DNA of 64,000 nt from Octopus vulgaris (Eukaryota): contig OX597821.1 of NCBI GenBank assembly GCA_951406725.2, positions 52,824,001 through 52,888,000 of the forward strand, given 5' to 3'. Made by a program: the position numbers and the translations under genes. A model generated the notes under the pieces. The model had not been told where the DNA came from and searched no databases. It worked only from the letters and a program-made list of their open reading frames with translations. This document shows positions 1-13,848 of this stretch, in pieces. How positions within the stretch are numbered: position 1 is the stretch's first letter; each line of letters opens with the position of its first letter.

Positions 1-875
1 ATCAATATTTTAAGATGTGCTATTATTGGATACTATTAAGAAGTAAAAACAAAACGGCTTATTCTGATTTCTGTTTTAATACGTGTGGTTCAAATATATC
101 TATTTTATTTTTAATGAAACATTACAGTATAAAAGTGAAGGAATTTTACACCACAAACACCAGTAGAAGCAGCAAAAGCAGGCTGCAGATTCTATCGAAT
201 ATAACGTCATGGTAAATTGGAAAATTATCTTGTAAACGGTAATGGGAAAATTTGAGCTTCAACTATTCCATTATTATTTATGCGTGTCGAAAGAAGTATA
301 GGAAAACGGAAAAAAAATTTTTTATCATTTATATTGAAAAGTAGGAGCAATGTTCATATAATATACATGTTTTACTATTTAAGACGATATGGCTATGAAT
401 TAGGATAGGGGGCATTATTTTCGGTTTTCTTGCTGTTTAACCTGAGGTAAATTTATGTCGAACATATCTATGATCAAAAATATTCTATCCGTGTTCATCC
501 TCACTTGTGTCTTTGTGTAGTGAACCCAGAAGCACTGTAGCTATTGACAAATACACACCATACATGACCATATATCTTTAAGAGTATGTAGAATTCCATT
601 ATCTAACGTGTCCTTTCTTTCTTTCAGACGTTAGCCAGTGAATTTTGGCAGAAAAGGTTGCTATTTCTTAAAAGGAGACCGACCACGTATAAGCTGACGC
701 TTTAGTCGATACAATTTAATAATTCAGGTGTATGTATGTGAAAACACACATATCTGCGGTATATAAATATATCTGAGAAAGGAATCTAATGATGGACAGA
801 CAGACTGACAGATGAAAAGACAGAAAAACAGAGAGACAGAGAGAGAGACACATAGATAGATAGATATATAGATAA

Positions 876-955
<80 letters not shown>

Positions 956-1081
956 CTAGATAAATAAATAGAGAGATAGATAGAGTGAGAGAGAGAGATG
1001 GCTAGCCGGATGGAGAGCGAGCGAGAGATTTAAATGAATGGGTGGATGGAGAGAGAGCGAGAGCAAAAGGCAGAGAGAGAT

Positions 1082-1136
<55 letters not shown>

Positions 1137-1466
1137 GATGGATATGCACACACTCACACTCAGTCACTGATACAAACGTTGAAGCATGTCACAAGAGTAC
1201 GTAAATTGTATTCAATGCGCCTTGTAGAGTTTATTAGAATCGAATGTTTATTACATCACTCGATATATGAGCAGCTGGTGCGATCTTCGAAAGAGAATCT
1301 TAATAACGCAACCTGACGATTATTTCGCTTGACGAAATACAGTGGTATAAAACTTGAGACCTACGTAAATTAACACAGATATCTATCTATCTATCTAGCT
1401 ATCTGTCTGTCTGTCTGTTTATCTATCTATCTACCTATTTATCTATCTACCTATCTATCTATATAG

Positions 1467-1519
<53 letters not shown>

Positions 1520-4500
1520 AATGTTTGGGATGCATCTATGTATGTAAATTTGTGTGTATGTGTGTGTGTGTGGTGTGTGTGAATAAGTATGTGTTTGTGT
1601 TTGTTTTCATTTGAGATATGTTTGCGTCAGAAGCACATCAGTCTCCCATTAAATGCTAGCTCAACATAAACTTCTAACGATTAATCTTATATTGTGACTT
1701 CTTCACGTCTTTGTGTGTAACCTTGCTCTGCTTGATCTTTGCTCTGCTTGATCCATTCGAGAGCACCAACGAAGACGGAAAGAGTAATAAATGAGTGAAA
1801 GACGAATATATAGCGCCTGTGTTTATCTTTAAAAAAAAGAAAAGAAAAAATGACCACCCCGAAATACAACAATATATGTTTCATCAGACGTCTTCACATC
1901 AGGAAACGTAAACATTCATGTTATGTTATCAAGCTACTTATGTTGATATTATTCTTTAAATTAGTCATCCTGCGAATTCGGCATTGCATTTCATCATTTC
2001 AGGATCGATAAATTAAGTACCAAAATTCCTGGCCTTTGTACCTAGAGTAGAAAATAATCTTTAGTACGTCTTGATTGAGCAACCTATAAACCAAGCGATT
2101 ACATGCATGAACATCCAGCTTCTTTAAGATCCGCGTCCATATAAGAACCTGAGAATCGTTTTTATGAGATAACAATGTGTGCTATGAAGAGGATTTAGCT
2201 GTTACTTCTAACATGCCGAATTATCCACGAGCAGATCGCTTTGTGAGTAAAGAAAAATTGTTGCTTCCGCAACAGAAACCGCTCATCCTGTTGGAATCAG
2301 ACATAGAATTGCAGGGAGGAGAAAGAATGACACCGAACACTTTAACAGTGTATTATGTTTTCTGTACATACATACAAATATACGAGTATACATAAACGTA
2401 TGCATATATGCGAGTGTGAGAGAGAGAGACAAAACGAAAAAAAGAATGAGGGCTTTTTTTTGTATGTCTTAAAATACATACATTTTTATTTTTATTTTTT
2501 ATCGTCAAGTTGGACTTTTTTTTATATATAATTAAGTATTCAGTCTTCTACACTTGTACATAAACAGGCATATATATCATATATGTGTGAGTGTATGTGT
2601 GAAAAGAAATACTTTCATATAAATTATACTTCCTCATTGACACTAATCAACACGAAATATGATATAATGCTAATAAATGTTAATGACTACGAATGCCCTC
2701 TGAGGTCTCTTTATTGGTGTATAAGTGGAGCTTTCTCACTATCTATCTCCCTCCCTCGATCTCTCTCTCTCTGCCTATTTTCCCTTATATGTTGATTCAC
2801 AAACAATAAATTATACGGTCACATCATTTTCCCCATTCTTAAACAGTTAGTCAGATGTGGTGTTAGTTTTCACAGACATATATAAACTTGAATTTAACGA
2901 TGAATATTAATGAAACTTTGATCTGAAATGCAGTTGTTTAGTTGTGTATCACAATAAGACAAATTCGACTATTGATCAAACATCTTGCAGCCGAGAATGA
3001 CTTCTGCTTTTTTAACCATTATATTAGTATTATATAGTATATTTGTTGTCCAAAAGCTATATCTTTGTTCAAAACGGTGGGTGGTATTATGACGGAGATT
3101 TTGTTGTTGCTTTATATGTCGAAAGGTTACAAAGATTTATAGTAACATCATAGCATCCTGTCTTTTACGTCCAAACATACATCTTAAGGGATTGAAGCAT
3201 GGCGTACAAGACTTAGTTATTCGGAAACCGTTAATGTTACTTAAACTTTTACTATAATTTCGTCGGTAGAAACTTTGTCTTCCACGTGGCAATGACTTTA
3301 GTTTAAGCACACGATCTCAGATCCAAACTCTTTCAATGTAATTAAATTTCCGTAAAATTTGAAAAGCGGCAGCTGTCTTGTTCCCCTTTTATGGTGTGTT
3401 GTTAATAATACAGACTTCTCCTTTGAGTCGATTGAATTCAAGACTTTATCATGAAACATTGCTAAATAATCATGTCTGTATGTAACAGTCTCTAGACCAT
3501 CTTTGAATGTAGGCACGACGGCTGCCTGTATAATATTCTTCTTTATAATCTTTGAATAACCCTAAACTTTAACTGTATACATAGCGACATTGTTTAAAAT
3601 ATTTAACTACAGTACTATATGATAAGACTGTTTCATTATCAATAGTCTGCTAGTGAGCGACCCCCTTAGTTATCAGCTAACATCTTGTTTTAAGGTGTCT
3701 CTTACTAAACCTCATGATATTGCTTATAATAAATCTCGATTTTTATGACTATACCAACTAGAATTTCTGTCTACTCTCTCAGCCCTACCCCTAACAGATA
3801 CTGCTCTCTGTTCTCTCAGCCTCAGATATATAAGGGATTTGATAAACTGGTCTTATAAATTAAAACTGGCCCCACGGAGACAAAAAATCAGTGGCAGGCA
3901 GAGTCTTCTTGATAATTTTGCTGAAGTAGAGACATGTTCTTTGTCTATATCCTTAACTTCTTGGGGATTTTAGGTATAATTATACTAATGTCTCCATCTG
4001 TTCTAATCTAATTAAATTCTACGTCTTTGTGTAGCTGAAGATTGCTCTATATTTTAAATTGATGTAATGATTGCATTGTTCAATTAAATGGAGTTACATG
4101 AAACGATCGTAATCCATTACCTCTGGATATTCTTGTTGCTTATTATATATATATATATATATACAAACACGCACACATGCACACACCACAAACAACATAC
4201 CGTATGTGCATAAAAGTTTCATGATTATGCCTGGATGTAGGCATGTTTGTCTGTGAAAATTATACAGACATGCAGAGGAAGTAACAATCGCTTGAGCAGA
4301 CCTCCACGTAGGAATGTTAGTGAAGATGAAAATTACATTCTGCACCTATGTAGTCTTGGGTTCTATCATACTATGAGGAATTTTGGATAACACCTTCTAG
4401 CATCGATTCATCCAAATATTCGTGGAAGAGTCTCAGTTGAAAAAGAAAAGAAAGACACTCATTGAATAAAAAATGACCAATTATTGTTTCATTTAACTGC

Positions 4501-4734
4501 TTCACCGGATTCTGAACCCCTTCCATGCAGATGGCTTCTGTAAGCGGTATTCAGGTGAAGTATCTGCTCAGACGGTCACTTCTGTTTTTGTCATCAGTCA
4601 TTTTGACTCTCAAACGATCATGGCCGCTGTCTTCCTCCTCCGAAGAAACTACTAATTACTGTTATGATGGAGTACTTAGCTTGCATTAACGTCTAGATGA
4701 ACATAATTTTTCAAATGGCATATGATCGATTAGC

Positions 4735-5150
4735 TATTTTCAAATTTCGCCGAGGTCGACTTTGCCTTTCATCCTTTCCGTGGAAAATAAGTTAAGTACC
4801 AGTGGAACACTGGTGTTGATGCAATCGACAACTACCCCCACCAAAAAAATAAACCAAAAAAACAAACAAAAACAAAACAATTTCAGGCCTTGTGCATCCA
4901 GTAGAAAGATTTCTTCTTCTTCTTCTTGTTATTATTCTTATTGTTATTATTATTGTTATTATTATTATTAGGGTTACGACAAACTGGCAGAATCGTCAGT
5001 ACGCCGGAAAAAATGCCTCTAAGCATTTCGTTCGTGTCTGCATTCTGAGTTCAAACTGTGCCAAGTTCGACTTTGCATTTAATCCCTTTTCGAGTCAATG
5101 TAATCGGCTACACTACTCCCCCAAATGTTCAGGCCTTGTGCCTTTAGTAA
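4735..5150 (+). mobile_element. Two SINE family B copies separated by (TTC)/(TTA) repeats
   Basis: CAAATTTCGCCGAGGTCGACTTTGCCTTTCATCC and CTGGCAGAATCGTCAGTACGCCGG...TTCTGAGTTCAAA, each ending in TCAGGCCTTGTGC. Confidence 0.7.
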
Positions 5151-7614
5151 AATATACGAAACCCAGTACATCCATTATGATTGCCCATCTGATAAGGCTA
5201 CACTATACACATGCATCACGACCATATCTGTGCGTCATGGTGATCTCACTATCAAACTAAACAGCGCATGAACTTACAGGAGGGACCCAGTTATAATTTT
5301 CTTCAGGTCGAATATCCCGCCCCACTCAATAGGTCCCTGACAAAAGGTTGTTTAAAGTTGATAAATGAAATAGCCATGCTTCCCGAGGTGAATAATTCAA
5401 ACCCCTAAAAATTCCTCTAGTAGTAGTAGCAGTTAGTAGTAGTCGTAGCAGTAGTAGTAGATGCAGCAGGAGAGTAGTAATAGCGGTAGTATTCAGGCAA
5501 TATTTGAAAGTTGTTACGAGTTATTATTTCACATGATATATCAGGCGTCACATATCTTCTTACATCACATAATATATCAAGCACCACATCACATCCTCGG
5601 TATATTAAAATGAAAAAATACAATATCAACGTCTGAAAGAGACCATGGCACTTACGAATTGATTGCTTTTCTTTTATTTTGTTTACTTTATTTATTAATT
5701 TTTTTGTTTTCATTTTTTTGCATTTCCCTTTATGATTGGCAGAATAAGGGTCTGCGCTGTTAGAAGTCTGTAAAAAATACTTTTCTATTAAGAAGTTCGC
5801 TTCATAAGCTCAAGGTTCTAAATTTGAATCCAGCAACAACAACAACAAGAGCAACAATAATAATAACAACATCAACAACAATAGTCGCAGTAACGATGAT
5901 GTTTGAAATCACGCTGCAGATTGTAGCAGTAAAACCGCCGGCCATCACCAACATATCGCCGGTGAGAGAGAGGAACACTCTATGTTAGCTGCAATGGAAT
6001 CACTTCCAATAATAAGTAATGGCAGTAGCAATAAGCACAAGAATAACACCAGCTTTAGCAGAAGAAATGTACGGTAAAGTGTAGATTCTTTGCCGATACT
6101 GCAAAAACATTTGGATCAGTCCCAATGGATGATAAACGTAAATATTATCTATAAGCAACTGGACATTTTAACATAGACGTTAGAAAAGCAACACTTGCTG
6201 TGCCATAGTGTCTCTTAAAGCATTGAGAAATAATGCAAATATATAGATGTATATCTCTGATAAGGTATAGGCAACAGCGCATCTCTCCAGAACAAACTGA
6301 ACTTAGTGGGACACAGATTTTATCATTTTGGGCAGACTGCATCAGTGCACGAATGGTTTTTCACTCGAAAACTGTTCCACAAATACCCCGACCGACTCAC
6401 GTAGATGTAAAGAATTTTCAATAAATAGAATTTTTCAGGCAGAACGAGTGATGAATATAAACATTGTAAATTTACCACAAGAACAAGTCATTTAGTGGAT
6501 GGCGAAAGCCTTGATACACTTGGAAATATGTTCTTTAAAATTTGAAAAGAAATTGTTTTCGGATAGGCTTGAAAACCTTAATTCATGTGAAATCTGAGGT
6601 ATGGGATAAGATATCACGTCTCCAATGGTGTTTACCACATCCCCATCGCTTTGTGTTTGTGAAGAAGTATGGACGATGTTTTTAAGAGGCGTTTTACCAG
6701 GATATATTTTCAATGGAGCTATAGTTCAAGACGAAGTTCTTGGCATGTAGAATGTTGTCATGCTTTTATATCTCTCTACCTATCGGCAGAATTCCATACT
6801 ACCAGCCTATATATGAGAAATAGTGAACAAAACAACAAGGCAAGAATCTTCTCAGAGAAACATTAGATGTCAACAAAAATGAGTTGTCTGTCCTATTCTT
6901 GGGGATTTTCAGTTCAGAATCTATGGTTGCTTTTTATCTAGATATCATTGGTCTCACAACTACAGAAATTACCAAGTCGAAATAAACTCAAGAGGCATAA
7001 ACTCTAAAGACAAGAGCATAATCCTGGCCAGAAAGAGATGACCTCTCCGCGATTAAACCGTCCTGCACGCATGCGTTAGCCATTTTGAAGACTGCCTTTT
7101 GTCTTCCTTTTCCTAAGACAAGAATGCAATGTTTTCATCTGCTGACGATGGTGAAAAAGGTTTTGCTGTGGCCAATATTGAAGAGACTAAAGTTAGATCA
7201 TTTCCTCTCTGGTGAAATTTTTCAGATTTCATTTCAAAAGGAACCTGGTGGTTAAGAGAGAAGTGCTGCTTTTCGACAAATTTCTTGATGGGCAGATGTG
7301 AGTAGAGAAAAGGTCAGCCTAAATGGACTTGATCTGAGTATGTGCTATTAGAAGTGAACTGAAGGAAAACAACTGGGAAAGCGCACTTGCGTAGGTAGCT
7401 AACCCTCCTCCTTATTGGAAAATATAGTTTGTTTGAAAGTTTATTGTTACCAGAATTTGTTTACGATCATTTTTTTATGCAGAAAATCTGTTTTTCAAAA
7501 CTTGTACTTGCAACGTCTTAATTTTTATGTGAGTCCTACTGACAAATAAAAAAAGTACGAGAACACCATCATTACCACCACCACCACCACCACCAAAAAC
7601 AACAGTAATAATAA

Positions 7615-7805
7615 TCCTTTCTGATAATGGCACAAGGCCTGAAATTTTATGGGAGGGGACTAGTCGATTACTTTGACTCCAGTGTTTCATTTGGACTTAA
7701 TTTATCGACGCCGAAATGGTGAAAAGCAAAGTCGACGTCGGCGGAATTTGCACTCAGAACTTAACGGCTAGCGAAATGCCGCTAGACGTTTCGTCCAGCG
7801 TACTA
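7615..7805 (-). mobile_element. SINE family B copy
   Basis: GCACAAGGCCTGAAATTT, AGTCGATTAC, GCAAAGTCGAC, GGCGGAATTTG.ACTCAGAAC. Confidence 0.7.
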
Positions 7806-8839
7806 AGGACTAACAATAACAATAATAATAATTGTCATTGTTGTTGATGTTTTAGTTGGCCTATTCAGATGTTTTATGAAATTCCACTTAGACTTTCATT
7901 GGTGCATTATGATATAACTTGTATTTATACAAGTGATATTATACTGCACAAGCGAACAATTTCCAGGAATTCTTATACGGAGACATGCAAGTCAGAGCAT
8001 TGTGGGTACCAACTGAAAAGGAAATGTTTGTTATTACACAAATTACATACTTTATTTTAGTATTTTGTGTAGAAACATGGTGAAGTGTAACATTCAAACA
8101 CTCACAATATAAATATAGGAATTAGAGCTCATTTTCTCGCTAGTTAGTTACTAGAGAAACATGATAAATCCCGCAGTAACAAGTTGCAGATAATCATATG
8201 GACGTTGAGAGAGTAAAAGTTTCATATATCTCCTGAAAAGTATTCTATTTAAAGTAGTTCTAGTGGTAGGTTTGCGGGACAAAAAAAAATCAACAAACGC
8301 TTTTAGGCACATACTGTCAAAATGACACAGGTGCAGGTACTTGTACTGCCCCGCTTCACACGTACATGCACGTGCATACAGGCACAAGCGTTCTTAAATT
8401 AAATAATAGATTGAAATGTCAGTAGCGAAGTAGTTTCGTATGTAGGAACATAACATGAAACAGACGATGTCTAAATATTTAACATTTATATGTGAGCATG
8501 GTGATAATTCACTGCTGCTCAAACGAAATTCTTCTTTTCCCACAATACGTAAGAGTTGCGTGAGAGGACTTCATAGAATTTAGTAATCAACAATGATTTT
8601 AGTACAATCAATTTAACAGACGTTTTAGAAACAAAAGCAGATACAGATTGATTTTTCCTCTTAACAATAAGAAGAGTGCGGCTGGTATCAAATGAATAAT
8701 ATTTTGACATCTCGTGTGTCTTCTATAAATTCGAAATAAACATCTTAATCTACTTCATTTTGGTAATATTTAAAGGATTGATGTTACTCCTTCAGAAAGT
8801 AAAGAAACAATAAAAAAAGTGCAACTGTTATCGAATGAG

Positions 8840-10377
8840 CAATATTTCGACATCTCTTCGACCTCGTCTCAACCAACTTCTCATCATGGATGATTTTATA
8901 ACGGTTCACAAAGACAGACCTTGAAATGGGGAGGCTGGTTGAGACTGTGCAAATGCACAGCACGGATGTAAGGATGGAATTCGGTATCTTGAAGTGTGCG
9001 GTGCTTACTTTGAAACGGGGGTAAAGAGTAAATTGTGAGGGCACAAAATTGCCGAACGGAGAGAAAATGCCAGATCCGGATGATGATGGGTACAAGTACC
9101 TTGGCATTCTGGATCTGGAAAATATCTTGCACAAAGGAATGTAAGACAAGGTCACCACTGCATATTTCAAGCGCCTCAAACTTCTCTTGAAATCAAAACT
9201 CAACTCAAAGAACCTTGTGGCTGCCATCAACACATGGGCTGTTACTGTAGTTCGCTATTATGCACCCATCCTGGAATGGGCACAAGCGGAGATTGACTAA
9301 CTCGATCGCACTACCCGAAAGACAATGACGATGCATGGTGCCCTCCACCCTAAGGCAAATGTACACAGGTTCTACTTGAAGAGAGGTAAAGGAGGACGTG
9401 GGCTGATTAGCGTACGGGAGCGCATTAACAGTGAAAGAAGAAACATGGCAGAATATTTGGTAAACAGCAAACAGCAACTGCTAGAGTACGCTACTAGTGC
9501 AGAAGGAGTTAAGAAAAAGGGACTTGAGAGCGCTCATGAATTCCGATCAAGAACAGCCAATTTGAGATAAGAAACTTTATTCGTATGGAATTACATGGTC
9601 GGTTACACCGTGAAACCAACAAATTAAAAGACCAGAAAGCATCATGGAGGTGGCTCAGCAAGGATAACATAAAAAGAAAGACGAAAAGCCTAATCATCGT
9701 TGCTCAGGACCGGGCAATGAATACCAACTCAGTGAAAAAAACATATATACTACACAAGTGCAACGGACCTGTGCAGAATGTGAAGGAAGAGGGTCGAACG
9801 CGTGAGTCTCTTTGTTAGTGCTTGTGAAAGTCTTGCGCAGAAACAGTACAAGCGTAGACGCGACAAGGTAGCCCCAACCTTCCCTAGCTAGTATGCCGTA
9901 AAGTGCTTGGTGCCAACATACAACGGAAAAGTTAACGGACGAAAAGGGGAAAGCAAAAATTTTCTGGAACTTTGATTTCTAGACAGACAAGTTTTTCGAG
10001 CACCGAAGGCCGGATGTAATAACCTTTAAGAGGGATAAACAAGAGTGCCTAATAATTGACGTACCAGTTCCAGGAGATCAACATATTATCATGAAGGAAA
10101 GAGAAATGGTTGATAAATATGGAGACCTGAGAAATGAGATCGCTAAGATGTGGCAGTTACGAGAGTCAAACATAAAGGTTATCCGTATAGTCATCGGAGT
10201 ATTGGGTTCAATACCACCCAATCTGCAAAAGTCGGCATTGCTTGGAAATGTACACGCATATTGCGTAAAGTACTGACTGCGTGAGGTCCTTGTGGTGACT
10301 TGGCAAACAGTACAATTCCCCGGTAAACACAATATCTTCAATCGACAACCTCACGATAGGGTATACTGTGCGACGTC

Positions 10378-10380
<3 letters not shown>
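8840..10380 (+). mobile_element. 5'-truncated, decayed R4/Dong-clade non-LTR retrotransposon (RT C-terminal part, zinc knuckle region, REL endonuclease)
   Basis: Frameshifted translation reads LLIMDD, MEFGILKCA, YKYLGIL, AINTWAVTVVRY, LHPKANVHRFYLKRGKGGRGL, LHGRLHRE, SLIIVAQDRAMNTN, RRDKVA, WNFDF.TD..EHRRPD, LIIDVPVPGD, KYGDLRNEIAKMW, IVIGVLG. It ends in an (AAT)n tract. Confidence 0.9.
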
Positions 10381-10439
<59 letters not shown>

Positions 10440-10489
10440 TAACAACAATAACAAGAACAACAAGAACAACATTAGCACTGATAATAATA

Positions 10490-10790
10490 ATGCGGTAGTC
10501 AGATATAATGCGTCCATCCTCAAATGGACTAAGGAGGAAATATCAACACTGGATAGGGGGACGCTGAAAGTTCATAACCCTGTATGGGCCACTACACCCT
10601 AAAGTAAACGTAAACAGACTGGATATGAGTAGAAAGAATGGTGGCAGAGGACTTATTAGTATAGACATTTGTGAAAAGAGAACGCTTGCCGAGTATTTGA
10701 TAAATAGCGATGAATACCTGCTGCAATATGTCGCGAAAGATATGGGTGTAAATGCAGATGAAATGATGGGAAAGGAAGAGTTTAACCAAT
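10490..10790 (+). mobile_element. Second, more diverged R4/Dong LINE fragment immediately after the (AAT)n tract
   Basis: Translates to VVRYNASILKWTKEEISTLDRG and LHPKVNVNRLDMSRKNGGRGLISID and LAEYLINSDEYLLQY, paralogous to 9245-9490. Confidence 0.8.
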
Positions 10791-11930
10791 AATGCTATAT
10801 AAACTGAAACTATGTATCTAAAATTTCATGACAGAATAAAGTAATAGATTTAGTCATCGCGTTTAGCAAATGAAATTGTGACATTGAAGTAACTGTCGAT
10901 TTATTTAGTTATTTATTGGAGAGTTGCTGAGGAAAGTTGAACATTTGCAATTTAGACCGATCAAAATACTTGACAGTCACCACCCACTCTAAAGAGGTAA
11001 ATAAGGAATTTATCTCTTCAGATTAGCTACGATTTCACTTTATTTTTTGTAAAACACAATCATATGTAAAGGTAAAACATGCGCATAAATAGGTACTTTT
11101 ATGCACTTACACACACAGGTATCTACGCACACGCACACACACACATACATACTGACACATACTAATCTGTGTGTGTATGCGTGTGTATGTTAATCACATA
11201 GTTGAATTTATCTGTCCGTATGTATGTACACTGGTGAATGCATATCTATCTTGAAATGATGGTCTAATATTCAAATATTTACTAACAGTTTCAATCATTA
11301 CAAATCTTTCCGTTAATACTGAATATTTAATCACATCCAATACGTTTTACTTGAAGTTCTATCCATCAAGATTTACAAGCATATGGTTATTTTGAAATGT
11401 TTCCTCGTGTATTTTTAAAATAGAGTTTGAATTGTTATAAAAGGTCTTCATTAAATAAATGTCTTTCTTCGCATGTCTACAGACATATTTAATTCCGTCT
11501 GCAATGTTATTTGTAGCTAATAGTCGCGGTATTGTTTCACAAAGAAGTTCCAAATATATTACATTAATTTATACGCATGAATGTATCGACAAGCTTTGGC
11601 AAATGCTAGTAAAACTAGACAAGTTCTGCGCTTTTGTGATAGATTCCTTCATGCATTCTCTACTTCCGGCAATATCGGCGGAAATTTTGACATATTCTTT
11701 TGATATTCTTTACTTTGATATATACACACACAAACACACACACACACACACAAAAACACACACACAAAAACACACACACAAAAACACACACACATAATTT
11801 CTAATCTATAGGGGGAGTTCTTTCCGGCATTGTATCCTACTACGTCGACATTATTCATATTTTGCATCTTTGGCATAACATCTTTAATGTTTCTTAGGAC
11901 TTGAATAGTCTACAAAAGATTCGCTATATT

Positions 11931-12091
<161 letters not shown>

Positions 12092-12978
12092 ATATCAGCA
12101 ATATTTCTGGAAGTACTTCTATCATGATATTTACCAAAATGCTCTTGCATGCATTAACCTTCTCTCCATTTAAGCGAAGAATTCTTTACCAATTCTCTTT
12201 GCATGCCGTAGACCATAGCTGAAGAGATATAATGTTTCGTCAAAGAGTTTCAGAATTCTGGCGTACGTGATTTCTTCTTTCATCAAAGTATTTTTAATAT
12301 CCTGTTTCGTATCTGGAGTATTTTTTCCTGAAATACTCTTCCATATTGATGGGGTTATGAAAGGTTAAACCTTTGAAAGTAATCATATGCGAAAAGCATA
12401 TCGTGTATGTTTTCAATAAAAATAATCTTTTTTTTTATATCCTGTACATCTATTTGATATCTTTACACACATTTTTATGACCAGTGCTTAGGAATATTTA
12501 ACATCTAGTTCAGCATATTCAATGTCCAATAAGTATTTAGTAGATGAAACACAGGATACCGTAATGTCTTTAGAGATGATTCAAATATACCAAAATTATA
12601 AGAGTCCTAATAGAATGATTGACGAATATTAAACTCTATTATGTTTCCGTTATATTTTATCTTTTATCATTTAACTTTTACTTGTTTCAGTCATTAGATT
12701 ACGGCGCTGCTGAAGTACCACTTTAGAAGTTTTTTTCGAAGAAATTAACCCCAACCACTTAATTACTTTTCGGCGAAGTATTTCGAGACGGGGACATAAG
12801 CGAACCAGCCCCGGTTTTTCATGCAGTGGCGAGGAATATCTACAAACACAAAGATACACACACAAACACTTACACAAGCATACACACACACTTACATTAT
12901 TTTCATCTCACTTGGAGCTGTGTGGACTATACCGAACTAGGTTGGTGCCTCAGTTAAAGTACCTAATTCAACTGAATC

Positions 12979-13056
<78 letters not shown>

Positions 13057-13141
13057 ATTTATATATATATATATGTGTGCGTGTGTATATATATATATAT
13101 GTATATATATATGTGTGTGTGTAAATATATATATATATATA

Positions 13142-13208
<67 letters not shown>

Positions 13209-13289
13209 ATTCGCACACACACAAAAACACACATATATATCTGTAGTAACAGAAAGGGAGGAGTTTTGATTATCCCCACGTGGTTAGTT

Positions 13290-13804
13290 ATAATATATAT
13301 AAAAACATTAACGAAGGAAGATGCACACACTTTACATAATTTTAATATATTTTTTAATATATTTTATATTGTGTTTGTCGACCAGTTTCGCTTTCGCTAA
13401 TCATGACATTAAAATCATTTTAATTACGTATTCTATTATGATAAATTTGTTTCTCCATGTAGCATGTGGAGCTAATGAATGAATGATTTAACAAGTGTAA
13501 AAATTGAAGGGGAGGTAATTGGTGGCTGTTATGGTTGTGAACAGGGAAATAATTGCTCATCTTCGGTAGGGGGGATATAAATACACAAAAATTCAAAAGC
13601 TAGAGTAGGTGTAGAAATATATACGGTATGTAATCGTGAATTAAAATATGTATAGAGATCAAAGTTGGTTATGCGTGCATATTTAGTTGTGTTCTGTATT
13701 TTTCGGTCAATACATTTTCTTCATTTAAACGTTCTTGTGTAGAAATTATATCTTTGCGCTGGTAGAAGTAGAAAACTGTGAAATTTAGTTTGATGTTACC
13801 TGCA

Positions 13805-13848
<44 letters not shown>

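Noticed and set aside
1313-1350. CTGACGA...GAAATAC-AGTG-GTATA hammerhead-like string
   Set aside because: Stem I cannot be formed and the stem II closing pair is missing.
11350-11700. LVLLAFAKA-like RT motif on the minus strand, and SSFAKLRNR near 34440
   Set aside because: Each is a single short motif, too degenerate to call a LINE fragment without an alignment.
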